Below are positions 20,263 to 31,184 of a DNA stretch of 64,000 nucleotides, piece by piece. Under the pieces are notes generated by a model. It worked only from the letters and a program-made list of their open reading frames with translations. It did no database searches and was not told the DNA's origin. Location: positions 512,001-576,000 of the forward strand of contig OZ250173.1 in assembly GCA_965238075.1 (NCBI GenBank), read 5' to 3'. The DNA comes from Candidatus Entotheonellaceae bacterium (GTDB taxonomy: Bacteria > Tectomicrobia > Entotheonellia > Entotheonellales > Entotheonellaceae). The translations under genes and the position numbers were made by a program. Numbering within the stretch: position 1 is the first letter of the stretch; each line of letters starts with the position of its first letter.

Positions 20263-20484
20263 TCATTTTCCCTCCCGATTGCCGCCCCGAACGGCGACGG
20301 TCGTGCAAGCGTTGGTTTTTTCATCATACCCCAAGGTCCGCGAATGTCTGTCTGCCGCGGCCCAGATCCGCGGAGCGCCCGTACAAATGGCATTCCCCCG
20401 CACCATGCGGTACAATCGCATCCCGCCAAATGGCCTCACGCATCCACGACCTTCCGAGTTGCAACCCACAATGAGAACGGCGCC

Positions 20485-21255
20485 GTGACGGATGTTTCCC
20501 GCAGGGCATGGCTGAAGCGCATGATCGAGGATGCGGACACGTGGCAAGGCTGGGTTTTCGACCACGTGGTTAAGGGCTTGATCGGCTTCTCGATCATCAG
20601 CTATGCCGTCGAGACATTGCCGGATTTGTCCCCCCGCATGCAGTACTTCCTATATGTCCTGGAAGTGACCGTCGTTATCATTTTCACCGTGGAATACGCC
20701 CTGCGGATCTACGTCGCGGACAAGAAGCTGGCCTACATCTTCAGTCTGCTGGGCCTCATCGACCTGTTGGCCATCCTGCCGTTCTACGTCTTCCATGGCG
20801 GCGCCGATTCCCGCGCTTTGCGTGCCATGCGTTTGTTGCGGATCGCCAGGACGTTCAAGCTGTTCCGCTACAATCAGGCCGTTGATCGACTGGTGCGGGC
20901 CGTGGTCATCGCCAAGGAAGAAATCGTGCTGTTTTTCTCCCTCACGGCCATAGCCTTGTACCTCGCCGCCAGCGGCATCCACTTCTTTGAGAGTGAGGTG
21001 CAGCCCGACAAATTCGGCTCGATTTTCCATGGCCTGTGGTGGGCCGTCGTGACCCTGACCACCGTGGGCTACGGCGATGTCTATCCCATCACCATGGGCG
21101 GGCGGGTGTTCACCTTTCTCATCCTCATGATCGGCATGGGCATCATCGCCGTGCCCCCCGGCATCATCTCCTCGGCCCTCTCCAAAGCCCGCCAGGAACA
21201 GGACAAGACGCTGGAATCCGAATCCTCCAAGCAAGGCACTGAGACGGACACGTAA
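20485..21255 (+). CDS. Voltage-gated-type potassium channel (Ion_trans)
   Basis: IDLLAILPFY, S4 RALRAMRLLRIARTFK, selectivity filter TTVGYGD; start uncertain (GTG 20485). Confidence 0.9.
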   Translation: MTDVSRRAWLKRMIEDADTWQGWVFDHVVKGLIGFSIISYAVETLPDLSPRMQYFLYVLEVTVVIIFTVEYALRIYVADKKLAYIFSLLGLIDLLAILPFYVFHGGADSRALRAMRLLRIARTFKLFRYNQAVDRLVRAVVIAKEEIVLFFSLTAIALYLAASGIHFFESEVQPDKFGSIFHGLWWAVVTLTTVGYGDVYPITMGGRVFTFLILMIGMGIIAVPPGIISSALSKARQEQDKTLESESSKQGTETDT

Positions 21256-21335
21256 CGCGTTGTCCACGCGCCGGAGCGTCTGGCCGGCAACGACACGCCG
21301 TTGGGCCGTAGACTCGATATCCTGGATGAGACCCG

Positions 21336-22364
21336 ATGCTGGACCTGGAACGTCTGAATTTTGACGCGGGGATGTCTTTTGAAGACGCCAACACCCTGCT
21401 GTATCGGTTGGGGATTACGGATGGCCTGCCTGTGGTGCCGCCGACAGGGGATCGTGTCGCAGCAATGGTGGGGGAGCGGGAGCCGTCCCGGGTGGTGGCG
21501 ACGCTACCGCCGATGCGGGGCCGGGCAACGGTGCGGGGACTGGCCATGTGCGCCGTCATGGCGGGGTGTCGACCCGATGACTTCAATGTCCTGCAGGCGG
21601 CGACCGCGGCGGTGGCGGCGCCGGAATTCAACCTGTTCGGCATCCAGACAACGACCGGCACGGTGACGCCGATGCTCATCATCAACGGCCCGGTGATACA
21701 ACGCCTGGGGCTGAACACCGCGGCCAATGCCCTGGGCCCGGGCACGCGGGCCAACGCCGCGATCGGACGGGCACTGCAGTTCGTACTGCGAACGATCGGC
21801 GGCGCCGAGCCGGGCCGAGGCGACAGGGCGACGATGGGACAGCCAGGCAAATTCACCTTCTGCTGCGCGGAAAACGCCCTGGCGAGCCCGTGGGAAGCGC
21901 TGCACGTGTGGCGGGGATTTGCGGCGGAACAAAGCACGGTCACCGTGGTCGGGGCCACGGGTACGATGGAGATCGTGGACGCCGACAGCGTCAATGCCGA
22001 AGGCGTACTAACCACCATGGCGCATTCGATGACCATCGCCGGTAACGCAGGGAGGGACAACCTCCTGGGCAGCGGCGAGCCTTTGCTGCTGGTGGCCCCC
22101 GAGCACGCCGCGATCATTGCCCGGACCCACACCCGCCGGCAGGCACAGATTTTTCTGTTCGAGCACGCCCGGTTGCCGGTCGGGGCACTGGCGCCGGCTC
22201 AGGCGGCGCGCCTGCGGGGAACTTCGGTGACGGAATTGACAGTCGCGCCATGCCCGGAGGCCATCATGCTAGTGGTGCTGGGCGGGTCGGGAGCCAAATC
22301 GACCTACGTGCCGACGTGGGGCGGCGGCACACGGGCTGTAACTCGGGTCATTGAAGCAGGTTGA
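21336..22364 (+). CDS. Conserved hypothetical protein (TDGLPVVPPT family)
   Basis: Long ORF with TDGLPVVPPT, AVMAGC.P, ANAAIGRAL, AEN...SPW blocks; function not assignable. Confidence 0.65.
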   Translation: MLDLERLNFDAGMSFEDANTLLYRLGITDGLPVVPPTGDRVAAMVGEREPSRVVATLPPMRGRATVRGLAMCAVMAGCRPDDFNVLQAATAAVAAPEFNLFGIQTTTGTVTPMLIINGPVIQRLGLNTAANALGPGTRANAAIGRALQFVLRTIGGAEPGRGDRATMGQPGKFTFCCAENALASPWEALHVWRGFAAEQSTVTVVGATGTMEIVDADSVNAEGVLTTMAHSMTIAGNAGRDNLLGSGEPLLLVAPEHAAIIARTHTRRQAQIFLFEHARLPVGALAPAQAARLRGTSVTELTVAPCPEAIMLVVLGGSGAKSTYVPTWGGGTRAVTRVIEAG

Positions 22365-22453
22365 CGGGGACGTTACACTTTGGCGCGCGGCGATTGCGCT
22401 ATGCAAGCAGCCGCATGGCCATCAAACCGAATGAAATGCTCAAGGGAACTGGC

Positions 22454-22723
22454 ATGGGAAAAGCAGCATGGGTCGCCGTAATCTTCTTCGTGCCCCTTGT
22501 CGGCGTGGTGCTCTACATGTCGCTAAGCTTCGACCAAGTCAGGTGCGACGTGTGCATCGAATATAAAGGGCAAACCCAATGCCGCTCGGCCGAAGGAATC
22601 GACGCCGAGACCGCCTCACGCACAGCGCGCGACAACGCCTGCGCCTTCCTGATCAGCAGCAAAACCGACGCCTTTTTGTGCGGCCAGGGGACGCCGAAAA
22701 GCATCAGTTGCCAACCCCAGTAG
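22454..22723 (+). CDS. Small membrane-anchored Cys-rich protein
   Basis: N-terminal TM helix, then six Cys including CDVC; AAGGGA upstream. Confidence 0.65.
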   Translation: MGKAAWVAVIFFVPLVGVVLYMSLSFDQVRCDVCIEYKGQTQCRSAEGIDAETASRTARDNACAFLISSKTDAFLCGQGTPKSISCQPQ

Positions 22724-22755
22724 CCCGTCCAAACCTCACACGGAACACGTAAGCC

Positions 22756-23334
22756 ATGGCATCTCCGGAAGCCCCACCCGGAAAATCCGGTTCGTGGAAC
22801 GTCACCCTGCTGTTGCTCGCGCCACTGCTCGCCCTGGTGGTCATTCTGGCATACGGCTGGTGGACCCGCCCGGCTCCTGAACCCGACCTCGGACCGCGCG
22901 TCGGGCAGCCTCTGGCGGATTTCACCCTGCCGGACATGAACGGCAAGCCGGTGCACCTCGCCGCCCTGCGCGGCGAGGTCGTGTTCATCAATGTCTGGAC
23001 GACCTGGTGCCCGCCCTGCATCGAGGAGATGCCGACCATCCAGCGTCTCTACGAGGAAATGCACCCGCAGGGCCTTGTCGTCCTGGCGATCAACATGGAC
23101 GCCCTCGGCAGGCAAACCGTTGAGCCGTTCCTCGACAAACGACGCCTCACCTTCCCGGTCCTGCTCGATCCCGAGAGTCAAACCGAGCGTCTGTACCGAA
23201 CCGCCGGCGTGCCGGAGAGCTTCATTGTGGACAAGGCGGGCCTGCTGGTCGAAAAGATTGTGGGGCCGCGGGACTGGGCTCACCCGGAGATCATCGCCCT
23301 GTTTGAGCGCCTACTGGCGGCACCGCACGGCTAG
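22756..23334 (+). CDS. TlpA/ResA disulfide reductase
   Basis: TM anchor, NVWTTWCPPCIEEMP, GVPESFIVD, GPRDW. Confidence 0.88.
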   Translation: MASPEAPPGKSGSWNVTLLLLAPLLALVVILAYGWWTRPAPEPDLGPRVGQPLADFTLPDMNGKPVHLAALRGEVVFINVWTTWCPPCIEEMPTIQRLYEEMHPQGLVVLAINMDALGRQTVEPFLDKRRLTFPVLLDPESQTERLYRTAGVPESFIVDKAGLLVEKIVGPRDWAHPEIIALFERLLAAPHG

Positions 23335-23428
23335 AGCATTTCCGGGTCGGATTGAATGATGTGTGGCTGGCGGCTTCAAGTAGATCGGTTAACGGAATGC
23401 CGGGTTACGCTTCGCCAAGCCGACCTAC
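23331..23428. repeat. REP/MITE-like composite element, copy 2
   Basis: CTAGAGCATTTCCGGGTCGGATTGAAT arm (inverted match to 3611-3637) followed by GTAGATCGG...GGAATGCCGGGTTACG..CCGACCTAC. Confidence 0.75.
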
Positions 23429-23497
23429 AGCTTGATGGCGAATTACTGAGACCCCACGTGATTGACAAGATGATGGTGGGAAAACATGAAATCCTGA

Positions 23498-23643
23498 TGC
23501 TACAACGGGGTGCTGCACGAGGCGCTGGAAGCTTTTTGGCGGCCCTGGATCAATGTTGCCTGGCTGACGTCACCCGCCGGAAGTCGCCCCTGATGCAACT
23601 ATTGACCTCTCCCACTGATCTGCGAGCAGAATCTCAAGCGTAA
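23498..23643 (+). pseudogene. Possible C-terminal remnant of an Rrf2/NsrR-type regulator
   Basis: GVLHEALEAF / LAALDQCCLADV across a 1-nt shift in a T run near 23533. Confidence 0.35.
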
Positions 23644-24299
23644 GCCCCGGTTCGGTGCCGGACGATCTCGCCCTCGACGGTATAAATCACATCCTCAGCT
23701 ACGTTGGTCGCCAAGTCGCCGATGCGCTCCAGATGGCGGGCCACCGACAGCGTGTGCACCAAGCGCTCCACGTCGTCTGGGTTCGCGCGAATCTGATCCT
23801 GAATTTCCCGATGGATCTCTCGATTAAGGCGGTCCACTGCTCGGTCGTTGGCGCACACTTGGCGGGCCAGGGTGGTGTCGTCCTGCACTAGGGCGTCCAG
23901 GCTATGCCGCACCATCAACTCGACCTCGCGTGCCATGGCCGTCAGGCTTGATGGCAGCGTCTGGCGCGGATGCTGGGACAGATACTCGGCACGCCGCGCA
24001 ATGTTGACCGCCTTATCCGCCATGCGTTCCAGGTCGTTATTGATCTTCAGCACGGCGACGACAAACCGCAAGTCCACTGCTACCGGCTGATACAACGCAA
24101 GCAGCTTCAGGCAGTCCTCCTCCACCTCGACTTCCATTTGGTCCACGTCGTTGTCCCCTTCAACAACTTCGAGCGCCAGCGTCGCATCGTGTTTCACCAC
24201 CGAATCGATGGCCTTGGCGATGCGTTCCTCCACCATGGCGCTCAACCCCAAGAGCTTCTGCTTGAGGGCCTCGATTTCTCGCAGGAAATGCTGTGCCAC
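23634..24299 (-). CDS. phoU: Phosphate signalling protein PhoU
   Basis: QPVAVDLR, NDLERMAD, LERIGDLATNVAE; follows pstB. Confidence 0.93.
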   Translation of the reverse strand: MAQHFLREIEALKQKLLGLSAMVEERIAKAIDSVVKHDATLALEVVEGDNDVDQMEVEVEEDCLKLLALYQPVAVDLRFVVAVLKINNDLERMADKAVNIARRAEYLSQHPRQTLPSSLTAMAREVELMVRHSLDALVQDDTTLARQVCANDRAVDRLNREIHREIQDQIRANPDDVERLVHTLSVARHLERIGDLATNVAEDVIYTVEGEIVRHRTGAYA

Positions 24300-24364
24300 T
24301 GGACCTCCCCTTTTTTTCGCGCCCGCCGGGCGATACCGCGCACCCGGCCGCGCAGGACGGCGGT

Positions 24365-25183
24365 TTATCCGAAACGGCCCGTGATGTAGTCCTGGGTCTG
24401 CTTCTTGGCGGGAGACCTGAATATGTTGGCCGTCTCGCCAAACTCGATCAGCTCACCGAGGTACATGAAGGCCGTGTAATCCGACACTCGCGACGCCTGC
24501 TGCATGTTGTGCGTCACGATCAGCACCGTGTAGTTCTGCTTCAACTCGTGAATCAGGTCCTCGACGCGCCCGGTGGCGATGGGGTCCAGCGCCGAGCACG
24601 GCTCGTCCATGAGAATCACGTCCGGGTTCACCGCGATGGCGCGCGCGATGCACAGGCGCTGCATCTGGCCGCCCGAAAGCTGCAACGCTGATTCGCGCAG
24701 CCGGTCCTTCGCCTCTTCCCACAACGCCGCGCCGCGCAGACTGCGCTCGACCGTTTCGTCAAGCTGCGCCTTGTTGGTCACACCGGCAATGCGCAGGCCA
24801 TAGATGACATTTTCATAGATGGACTTGGGAAACGGGTTGTACTTCTGGAACACCATGCCAATCCGCCGCCGCAGGCGAATGACGTCCAGCGTCGGCACAT
24901 TGACGTTCTCGCCGTCCAGCTCGATCACGCCGTCCACCCGCACGTTCTCTATCAAGTCATTCATGCGGTTGAAGCACCGCAGCAGTGTCGATTTGCCGCA
25001 GCCCGACGGCCCGATGAACGCCGTCACCTGATTGCGCGGCACCAACATGCTGACGTCCTGCAACGCCATGACGCTGCCGTAGTAGAAATAGAGGTTCTCC
25101 ACCCTGATGATCGGATCGAGGATCTTGACCTCCTCCTCGACCAATTCGTCCGGCGCTTCCAACGGCTGATCTGGCAGTGCCAT
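24365..25183 (-). CDS. pstB: Phosphate ABC transporter ATPase
   Basis: [44 protein letters not shown]. Confidence 0.95.
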   Translation of the reverse strand: MALPDQPLEAPDELVEEEVKILDPIIRVENLYFYYGSVMALQDVSMLVPRNQVTAFIGPSGCGKSTLLRCFNRMNDLIENVRVDGVIELDGENVNVPTLDVIRLRRRIGMVFQKYNPFPKSIYENVIYGLRIAGVTNKAQLDETVERSLRGAALWEEAKDRLRESALQLSGGQMQRLCIARAIAVNPDVILMDEPCSALDPIATGRVEDLIHELKQNYTVLIVTHNMQQASRVSDYTAFMYLGELIEFGETANIFRSPAKKQTQDYITGRFG

Positions 25184-25200
25184 GCGATGTCCTCTCCTGA

Positions 25201-26868
25201 TTAAAACACCCCGGTCGCATACTTGCGCCGCAGCCGGTCACGAATCCAGATGGCCCCGACGTTGAGCACCATGACGAGGGCGATCAGCAGCAGGGTGGTC
25301 GCAAACACCATGGGTTTCGCCGCCTCGGAATCGGGCGACTGAAAGCCGAGATCAAAAATGTGAAACCCCAGATGCATGAACTTGCGATCCAGGTGAACAA
25401 AGGGGAAAACGCTGTCAACAGGCAGCGTTGGCGCCAGCTTCACGACGCCCACGAGCATCAATGGCGCCACTTCGCCGGCGCCGCGCGCCATGGCCAGAAT
25501 CAGCCCGGTGAGAATACCGGGAGCCGAGGCGGGCAGCACGATGCGTTGCATGGTCTGCCATTTCGAGGCGCCGCAGGCCAGCGAGCCCTCGCGCATGCCG
25601 CGCGGCACCGCGGCCAGGGCCTCCTCGGTCGCCACGATCACCACCGGCACGGTCATCAGCGCCAGAGTCAGCGACGCCCAGATCATGCCGCCGGTTCCAA
25701 AGGTCGGTGTCGGCAGCGCATCATGGAAGAACAATTCGTCGATGCTGCCACCGACAAAATACACAAAGAACCCGATTCCGAACACCCCGAAGACGATAGA
25801 AGGCACCCCGGCGAGGTTGTTAACCGCGATGCGCACGGTGCGCACGATGATGCCCTGCTTGGCATACTCGCGCAGGTACATGGCCGCCAGCACGCCGAAC
25901 GGCGTTACGGCCATGCTCATCAACACGGTCATGACGAAGGTGCCGAAGATGGCCGGGAAGACACCGCCCTCGGTGTTCGCCTCGCGGGGTTCATGGCTCA
26001 GAAAGGCCCACATGTTATGCGCGAACAGCCCAAGGCGGCTCCAGAAGCCAAGCTGGTTGGGAAAGTAATAGCCGACGATCTGTCCGAGCGGCAAGACGAC
26101 CTCGTCGCCGCTCGGGATACGGTACACGAGTTGGTTTTCGTCCTGCAGCCGTCGCAATTCCCGCGCCTCGCCGGCGAGATTCTCGTAACGCGCCTGCAAG
26201 GACGCCATAGCGTCCTCGATCGCCAAATAGGCGGCGGCGCCCGGCGGCGCGCCCTCGCGCTCCAGGGTATGCCGTTGCAGGCGCAACTGCGTCATCCTGG
26301 CGTTGATGGCGCCGATGGCGCTGTGTTCGAGGCGCTTGATCTCGCGCCGCCGCGCGGCAACCTCGCGTACCAGGTCTTCCAAACGGTCGGCAAAGCCGGG
26401 ACTATCGGACGGCCATTCATCCTCGCCTTGAATCCGCAGCGCCAGCGGCTCGCCAATAGCATCGCCGTACTCCAGACGCTCGATGCTCATCGCCTGCTCC
26501 GGATAACGCCACGCCACGATATCGTCGATATCGACGTAACGGAAGCTGAGCCCGTAGCGCTCCTTGTTGCCCACAAACAACTGCCATTCCACCTGCTGAC
26601 GCTGAGAAGCGGCTGGCGCCGTTTTAAGCTGCCGCTTCACCACCTCGCCAGCCAGAATCGGCGCCCCTGCAAGCCGCGCCGGGCTCTCGCTGGCCAGTTC
26701 CAGGTAAACGACGCGCTTGGGCCAGAACGCCGTCACGCCGTTGATCAGGATGAGCCCCAGCAGCGATACCACCATGACCAGCCCGACAGTCAGGCCCATC
26801 GCCGTGATCCAAACCATCGGCTCGCCCGACAGACTGCTTCGAGGCTTTGAGGATTCCCGCGACCGCAT
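25201..26868 (-). CDS. pstA: Phosphate ABC transporter permease PstA (extended N-terminus)
   Basis: [32 protein letters not shown] loop, [10 protein letters not shown]. Confidence 0.92.
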   Translation of the reverse strand: MRSRESSKPRSSLSGEPMVWITAMGLTVGLVMVVSLLGLILINGVTAFWPKRVVYLELASESPARLAGAPILAGEVVKRQLKTAPAASQRQQVEWQLFVGNKERYGLSFRYVDIDDIVAWRYPEQAMSIERLEYGDAIGEPLALRIQGEDEWPSDSPGFADRLEDLVREVAARRREIKRLEHSAIGAINARMTQLRLQRHTLEREGAPPGAAAYLAIEDAMASLQARYENLAGEARELRRLQDENQLVYRIPSGDEVVLPLGQIVGYYFPNQLGFWSRLGLFAHNMWAFLSHEPREANTEGGVFPAIFGTFVMTVLMSMAVTPFGVLAAMYLREYAKQGIIVRTVRIAVNNLAGVPSIVFGVFGIGFFVYFVGGSIDELFFHDALPTPTFGTGGMIWASLTLALMTVPVVIVATEEALAAVPRGMREGSLACGASKWQTMQRIVLPASAPGILTGLILAMARGAGEVAPLMLVGVVKLAPTLPVDSVFPFVHLDRKFMHLGFHIFDLGFQSPDSEAAKPMVFATTLLLIALVMVLNVGAIWIRDRLRRKYATGVF

Positions 26869-26886
26869 GGCGCTCGCCTTCCGTGG

Positions 26887-29193
26887 TTATACCGTCTTGT
26901 ACTTTTCGCGCAGATGCTGCCGCAGCAGTTCCGCCAGCGTATTGATCAGGAACGTCATCAGGAAGAGAAGCATGGCACCCAGGAACAGGGTGCGGTACAG
27001 CGTGCCGAACTGGGGCGCCTCAGGCAACTCCACGGCGATATTGGCCGACAGCGTGCGCATGCCGGAAAAGATGTTCCAGTCGACAATCGGCGTGTTGCCG
27101 GTGGCCATGAGCACGATCATCGTCTCGCCCACGGCGCGCCCCAGCCCGATCATCATGGCGGAAAAAATGCCCGCCGAGGCGGTCGGCAGCACGATGCGAA
27201 TCGCCGTCTGCCAGCGGCTGGCGCCCAGGGCCAGCGAGCCAGCCTTCAATTCGGGGGGCACGTTCGACAACGCATCCTCGGCGATGGTGAAAATAATGGG
27301 AATCACCGCGAACCCCATGATAAAACCGACCACCAGCGAGTTTCGTTGCTCGAAGCTCAGACCCGTTGCCTGCACCCACCACAGACGGAAGTCGGCAACA
27401 CGTTCTCCGGTCGCGGCATCGGTGACCACGAACACCAAGCGCTCGACAACCGGACCCAGCAACCAGGCGCCGTATGCGGACAGAACCAGGAGCGGAAACA
27501 CCGCCAGAAACTCGTACCCCGGCTTCACCCACCGGTTCGTCACGGTGTCGGGCATCGACGACCACACGTAGCCCATGAGCAGGGCCACGGCCGGCACCAG
27601 CATCACGATCAGCACGAACGACACCACTTTGGTTTCCAGTATCGGAGCCAGCCATAGGGCCGCCAGAAAGCCCAGAATAACCGACGGCAGCGAGGCCATG
27701 ATTTCCATCGTCGGCTTGACGATGGTGCGCAGATTGGGGTGCAGGAATTGCGAGGTGTACATGGCGGCCAGCAGCGCCAGCGGCACGGCGAACACCATGG
27801 CATAGAAGGTGCCCTTCAGGGTGCCGAAAATCAGCGGTATCATCGACAGCTTGGGCTCGAAATCGTCCGTGGCGCCGGTGGATTGCCAAGTGTAGGCGGG
27901 CGCCTGCCCGCCCTCGTACCACACCTTACCGAACAGCGCCGCCATCCCCGCCTCCGGGTGGGGATCGCTTAACCGATAGACATGCAGGTCACCCCCTGTG
28001 TCCAGCGCCAAAACGCGGTCGTATTTGCCGCTCAGCCGCGCCAGGCTCACATCGTACGACAGGTCCATCTCGAGCCGGGTACTGGCCGTGGTACTGTAAC
28101 GCAGGCCCAGCCACGAGGGGGTGCCGATCAGGAAGGATTTGTTGCGCAGGCTTGGGGCGTAGAACGTCGCCGCCCCGGGCAGCGGCGGCAGGGTCTTGGT
28201 CTGGCCGAAGAGGCGGGTGTCGCCGTCCGGCGGCACGAACAGGCTGAAGACACGACTGGCGCCCTCGGTGTTGGTGAACAGCAGAGACACGCCGCCAAAG
28301 ACGAAATCCATGGAAGCAATGGCGGACTGGCCGAGGTCTTGGAAAGGCGTGAAGACTTGTCTGAGAACCGCCTCATCAACGTCTTCGCCGGCCTCAAAAT
28401 AGAAGTAAAAGACCTGGCCGACAGTCGTGGCCACCACGACGCTGTTAGCCGTCTGCGGCGTCACGCCAATCATCTGGGGAGTGCCCGACAGCAACGGCGT
28501 CAGATCGTACGTCGCCTTGAGCACGGTTTTGCCGGTACCCAGCAACGTTTGTTTCTGTTCCAGCAAGGCGGCGTGAACCTGCGGCGCGCCGTCCACGTCC
28601 TGCAACACGGCGACGAGCTTTTGCGTACCCGAATCCCCATAGGCCACCTGGGCAATCGGCACGCCGGGCTGGCCAAGAGCAACAAACGCCCCGGCCTCGG
28701 GCTGGGCCACAATAGTGCGGACGTCGCCGTCGTACACCGGCTCGTAATTCACGTCGACGAGTGCGAACTCCCCCTGCGTGGTAGCAAACACCACCCGTTG
28801 GGTCTGTTGATCGTAAGCGTAGGCGGAAAAAATGCGGGTTTCTTGAAAGGCGGGGTCGGCCTGGAACGTGCCGCGTTCACCCTCGAGGTCGACGAAGGAA
28901 AGTACGCCGTCCTCGTTGACGAGCATGGGTAGCGCCGCCCATTCGTCGACGCCCAACACCTTGGCGTCCGATATACCGGTCGACACCGTGCGCAACGGCC
29001 GGATGCTGGCGCCCTGGAAAAGCGGCAGGATCTGCGACAGGATGAACACGAAAATGCCCAGCACGGCGATGATGACGCCCAGCCCCCCGATGGTGATGAA
29101 CCACGTCATGCACCAATCGATCAACAGGGTCGATCTCGCCGTTCCGAACTGTCCTGCCGATCCCACCCGGGGCTCCACCGGCGCCACTGCCAT
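26887..29193 (-). CDS. pstC: Phosphate ABC transporter permease PstC (large extracytoplasmic domain)
   Basis: WQSTG..DDFEPK, PLIFGTLK, MASLPSVILG, RAVGETMIVLMATGN; start set by GAGGAG RBS. Confidence 0.9.
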   Translation of the reverse strand: MAVAPVEPRVGSAGQFGTARSTLLIDWCMTWFITIGGLGVIIAVLGIFVFILSQILPLFQGASIRPLRTVSTGISDAKVLGVDEWAALPMLVNEDGVLSFVDLEGERGTFQADPAFQETRIFSAYAYDQQTQRVVFATTQGEFALVDVNYEPVYDGDVRTIVAQPEAGAFVALGQPGVPIAQVAYGDSGTQKLVAVLQDVDGAPQVHAALLEQKQTLLGTGKTVLKATYDLTPLLSGTPQMIGVTPQTANSVVVATTVGQVFYFYFEAGEDVDEAVLRQVFTPFQDLGQSAIASMDFVFGGVSLLFTNTEGASRVFSLFVPPDGDTRLFGQTKTLPPLPGAATFYAPSLRNKSFLIGTPSWLGLRYSTTASTRLEMDLSYDVSLARLSGKYDRVLALDTGGDLHVYRLSDPHPEAGMAALFGKVWYEGGQAPAYTWQSTGATDDFEPKLSMIPLIFGTLKGTFYAMVFAVPLALLAAMYTSQFLHPNLRTIVKPTMEIMASLPSVILGFLAALWLAPILETKVVSFVLIVMLVPAVALLMGYVWSSMPDTVTNRWVKPGYEFLAVFPLLVLSAYGAWLLGPVVERLVFVVTDAATGERVADFRLWWVQATGLSFEQRNSLVVGFIMGFAVIPIIFTIAEDALSNVPPELKAGSLALGASRWQTAIRIVLPTASAGIFSAMMIGLGRAVGETMIVLMATGNTPIVDWNIFSGMRTLSANIAVELPEAPQFGTLYRTLFLGAMLLFLMTFLINTLAELLRQHLREKYKTV

Positions 29194-29288
29194 GGCATCC
29201 ACTCCTCAAGACGGGAAAGGCAGGAAGCGAAAACCCTCCCCCCGCCTCTTTGCGTACAGTCCGACAACGAATCTCCGTCAGACAGGCA

Positions 29289-30266
29289 TTACTGGAGCAT
29301 CGTCATCGTATCAACAGACACCACGGCCGGCAAAGGGAAATACCCGTCTTTGACGACGATTTCCTGACCCGCCTTCGAGTTGATGAAATTCAGGAACTCG
29401 TAGGTCAGCTTGTCCAGCTCGGCGCCGGGCCTCTTGTTAACATAGATATACAGGAAACGCGCCAGCGGGTAGTCGCCGCTCAGGCAATTCTCCAGGGTCG
29501 GCTCGTACAGCGGACCCTGGACGGCCAGCGGCAGCGCACGCACGCTGGAAGTCTTGTAACCGATACCCGAGTAGCCGACGCCGCCCAGGTCGCTGGCCAC
29601 GCCCTGCACCACGGAGGAGGAACCGGGCTGCTCTTTCACGGTGTCCTTGTAATCGCCCTTCTTCAGCGCCACGCTCTTGAAAAAGCCATAGGTGCCGGAG
29701 GCGCTGTTACGACCGTACAGGGAAACCGGCCGCGCCGCCCAGTCAGCGGTCAGGCCGGCGTCGCCCCAGACCGCGAGATCCGTGCCGCCGCCCTTGTAGG
29801 TGCTAGAGAAAATGCTGTCAATCTGCTTCAGGGTCAGACCTTCTACCGGGTTGTCCTTGTGCACGAACACCGCCAGGGCGTCGATGGCGACCTTCACCGG
29901 CGTCGGCTTGAAGCCGAATTTCTGCTCAAACCTGTCGAGTTCCGAGGACTTCATCGGACGGCTCATGGGGCCCAGCTGCGCGGTGCCTTCGATCAGCGCC
30001 GGCGGGGCCGTGGAGGAGCCCTTGCCCTCGATCTGGATGTTCACGTTCGGATAAACGGCCCGGAAAGCCTCGGCCCACAGGGTCATGAGGTTGTTCAGTG
30101 TATCGGAGCCGATGCTGTTGAGATTGCCGGAAACGCCGCTGGTGCGCTCGTACTGGGACAGACCGGCGTCCACTTCCACCTGCGCCGAAGCCGTCATCGC
30201 CGCACCGAGCACCAGCCCGCCGGCGAGCACGAGGGAGACAAAACGCCTCGCAAGAACCGTCTTCAT
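29289..30266 (-). CDS. pstS: Phosphate-binding protein PstS
   Basis: Signal peptide, [35 protein letters not shown]. Confidence 0.93.
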   Translation of the reverse strand: MKTVLARRFVSLVLAGGLVLGAAMTASAQVEVDAGLSQYERTSGVSGNLNSIGSDTLNNLMTLWAEAFRAVYPNVNIQIEGKGSSTAPPALIEGTAQLGPMSRPMKSSELDRFEQKFGFKPTPVKVAIDALAVFVHKDNPVEGLTLKQIDSIFSSTYKGGGTDLAVWGDAGLTADWAARPVSLYGRNSASGTYGFFKSVALKKGDYKDTVKEQPGSSSVVQGVASDLGGVGYSGIGYKTSSVRALPLAVQGPLYEPTLENCLSGDYPLARFLYIYVNKRPGAELDKLTYEFLNFINSKAGQEIVVKDGYFPLPAVVSVDTMTMLQ

Positions 30267-30353
30267 GGTCATTGCTCCTTTAGATAGGGAGGGGGAGTTC
30301 AATTGGCGCCCTGCCCATGCAAGGTCGCCGTCTTCGTACAGCATGCCTGCCCG

Positions 30354-30394
30354 CTGCAAAGATGCAGTTAGGACAGAACGAAATTTGCGTCAGG
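30354..30394 (-). promoter_or_regulatory. Candidate Pho-box-like repeats upstream of pstS
   Basis: Minus strand CCTGACGC, TTTCGTTC, CCTAACTG, CTTTGCAG at exact 11-bp period; degenerate. Confidence 0.35.
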
Positions 30395-30411
30395 CCGATT
30401 GCTCCGCCGCG

Positions 30412-31101
30412 CTAGAGTGCCTTGAAGCGATAACCGATGCCGCGCGTGGTTTCAATCATGTCGCGAAACCGCCCGAGCTTGCGGCGCAAGGCCGCAATGT
30501 GCACGTCCACCAAGCGCTCGGTGACACTGATGTCCGTGCCGCGGGCCCAATCGACGATTTGATAGCGGGTGAAAACCCATCCCGGCCGCTGCGCCAGGAG
30601 TTGCAGAACGCGGAATTCCGTCGGGGTCAGACGGATGGATTGGTTGTAGACGCGCACGTCGTGCTCACCCGGCGAAATGACCAGACCGCCCCGAACGATC
30701 ATTTCCGCGTCGGGAACGGGGTCCGTCCGCCGGCGCCGCAGGGCCGCCTTGATGCGTGCCAGAAGTTCACGCGGGCTGAAGGGCTTGGTGATGTAATCGT
30801 CCGCCCCCACTTCCAGGCCAGTCACGATGTCGGCCTCCTCACCCCGCGCCGTCAGCATGACAATCAGAATGGCGGATGTCTGCACGTCGCCCTTCAGCGT
30901 CTTGCAGACATCCAGGCCATCCATACCCGGCAGCAACACGTCCAGAACAACCAGATCGGGCCGCGCCGAACCCACCGCAGCCATCGCTTCCTCGCCCGAG
31001 CCGACACACGTTACGTCGTAGCCGGCTGCGGCGAGGTTGTACTGAACCAACTCCAGGAGGTCGGGTTCGTCATCGACCACCAGGATATGAACGCGGTTCA
31101 T
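30412..31101 (-). CDS. phoB: OmpR/PhoB family response regulator
   Basis: VVDDE, LDVLLPG.DG, LTARGEE, ADDYITKPF, winged helix LTPTEF..VDVHI..LRRK; pst context. Confidence 0.8.
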   Translation of the reverse strand: MNRVHILVVDDEPDLLELVQYNLAAAGYDVTCVGSGEEAMAAVGSARPDLVVLDVLLPGMDGLDVCKTLKGDVQTSAILIVMLTARGEEADIVTGLEVGADDYITKPFSPRELLARIKAALRRRRTDPVPDAEMIVRGGLVISPGEHDVRVYNQSIRLTPTEFRVLQLLAQRPGWVFTRYQIVDWARGTDISVTERLVDVHIAALRRKLGRFRDMIETTRGIGYRFKAL

Positions 31102-31184
31102 CGCCTTCCCCCCTTTCGGGGCCTCTACGCGATGGGACGCTCGCACGGCTTGTGGAGAGCTGACAATGAGCGACATGGCTCCGC

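Noticed and set aside
21256-21335. Hidden selenoprotein ORF upstream of the TDGLPVVPPT protein
   Set aside because: The gap is only 80 bp, with no in-frame TGA ORF or SECIS-like hairpin evident.
25201-29193. Large extra domains in PstA and PstC as a novelty
   Set aside because: Extended PstC/PstA forms are already known, for example in Pseudomonas-type pst operons.
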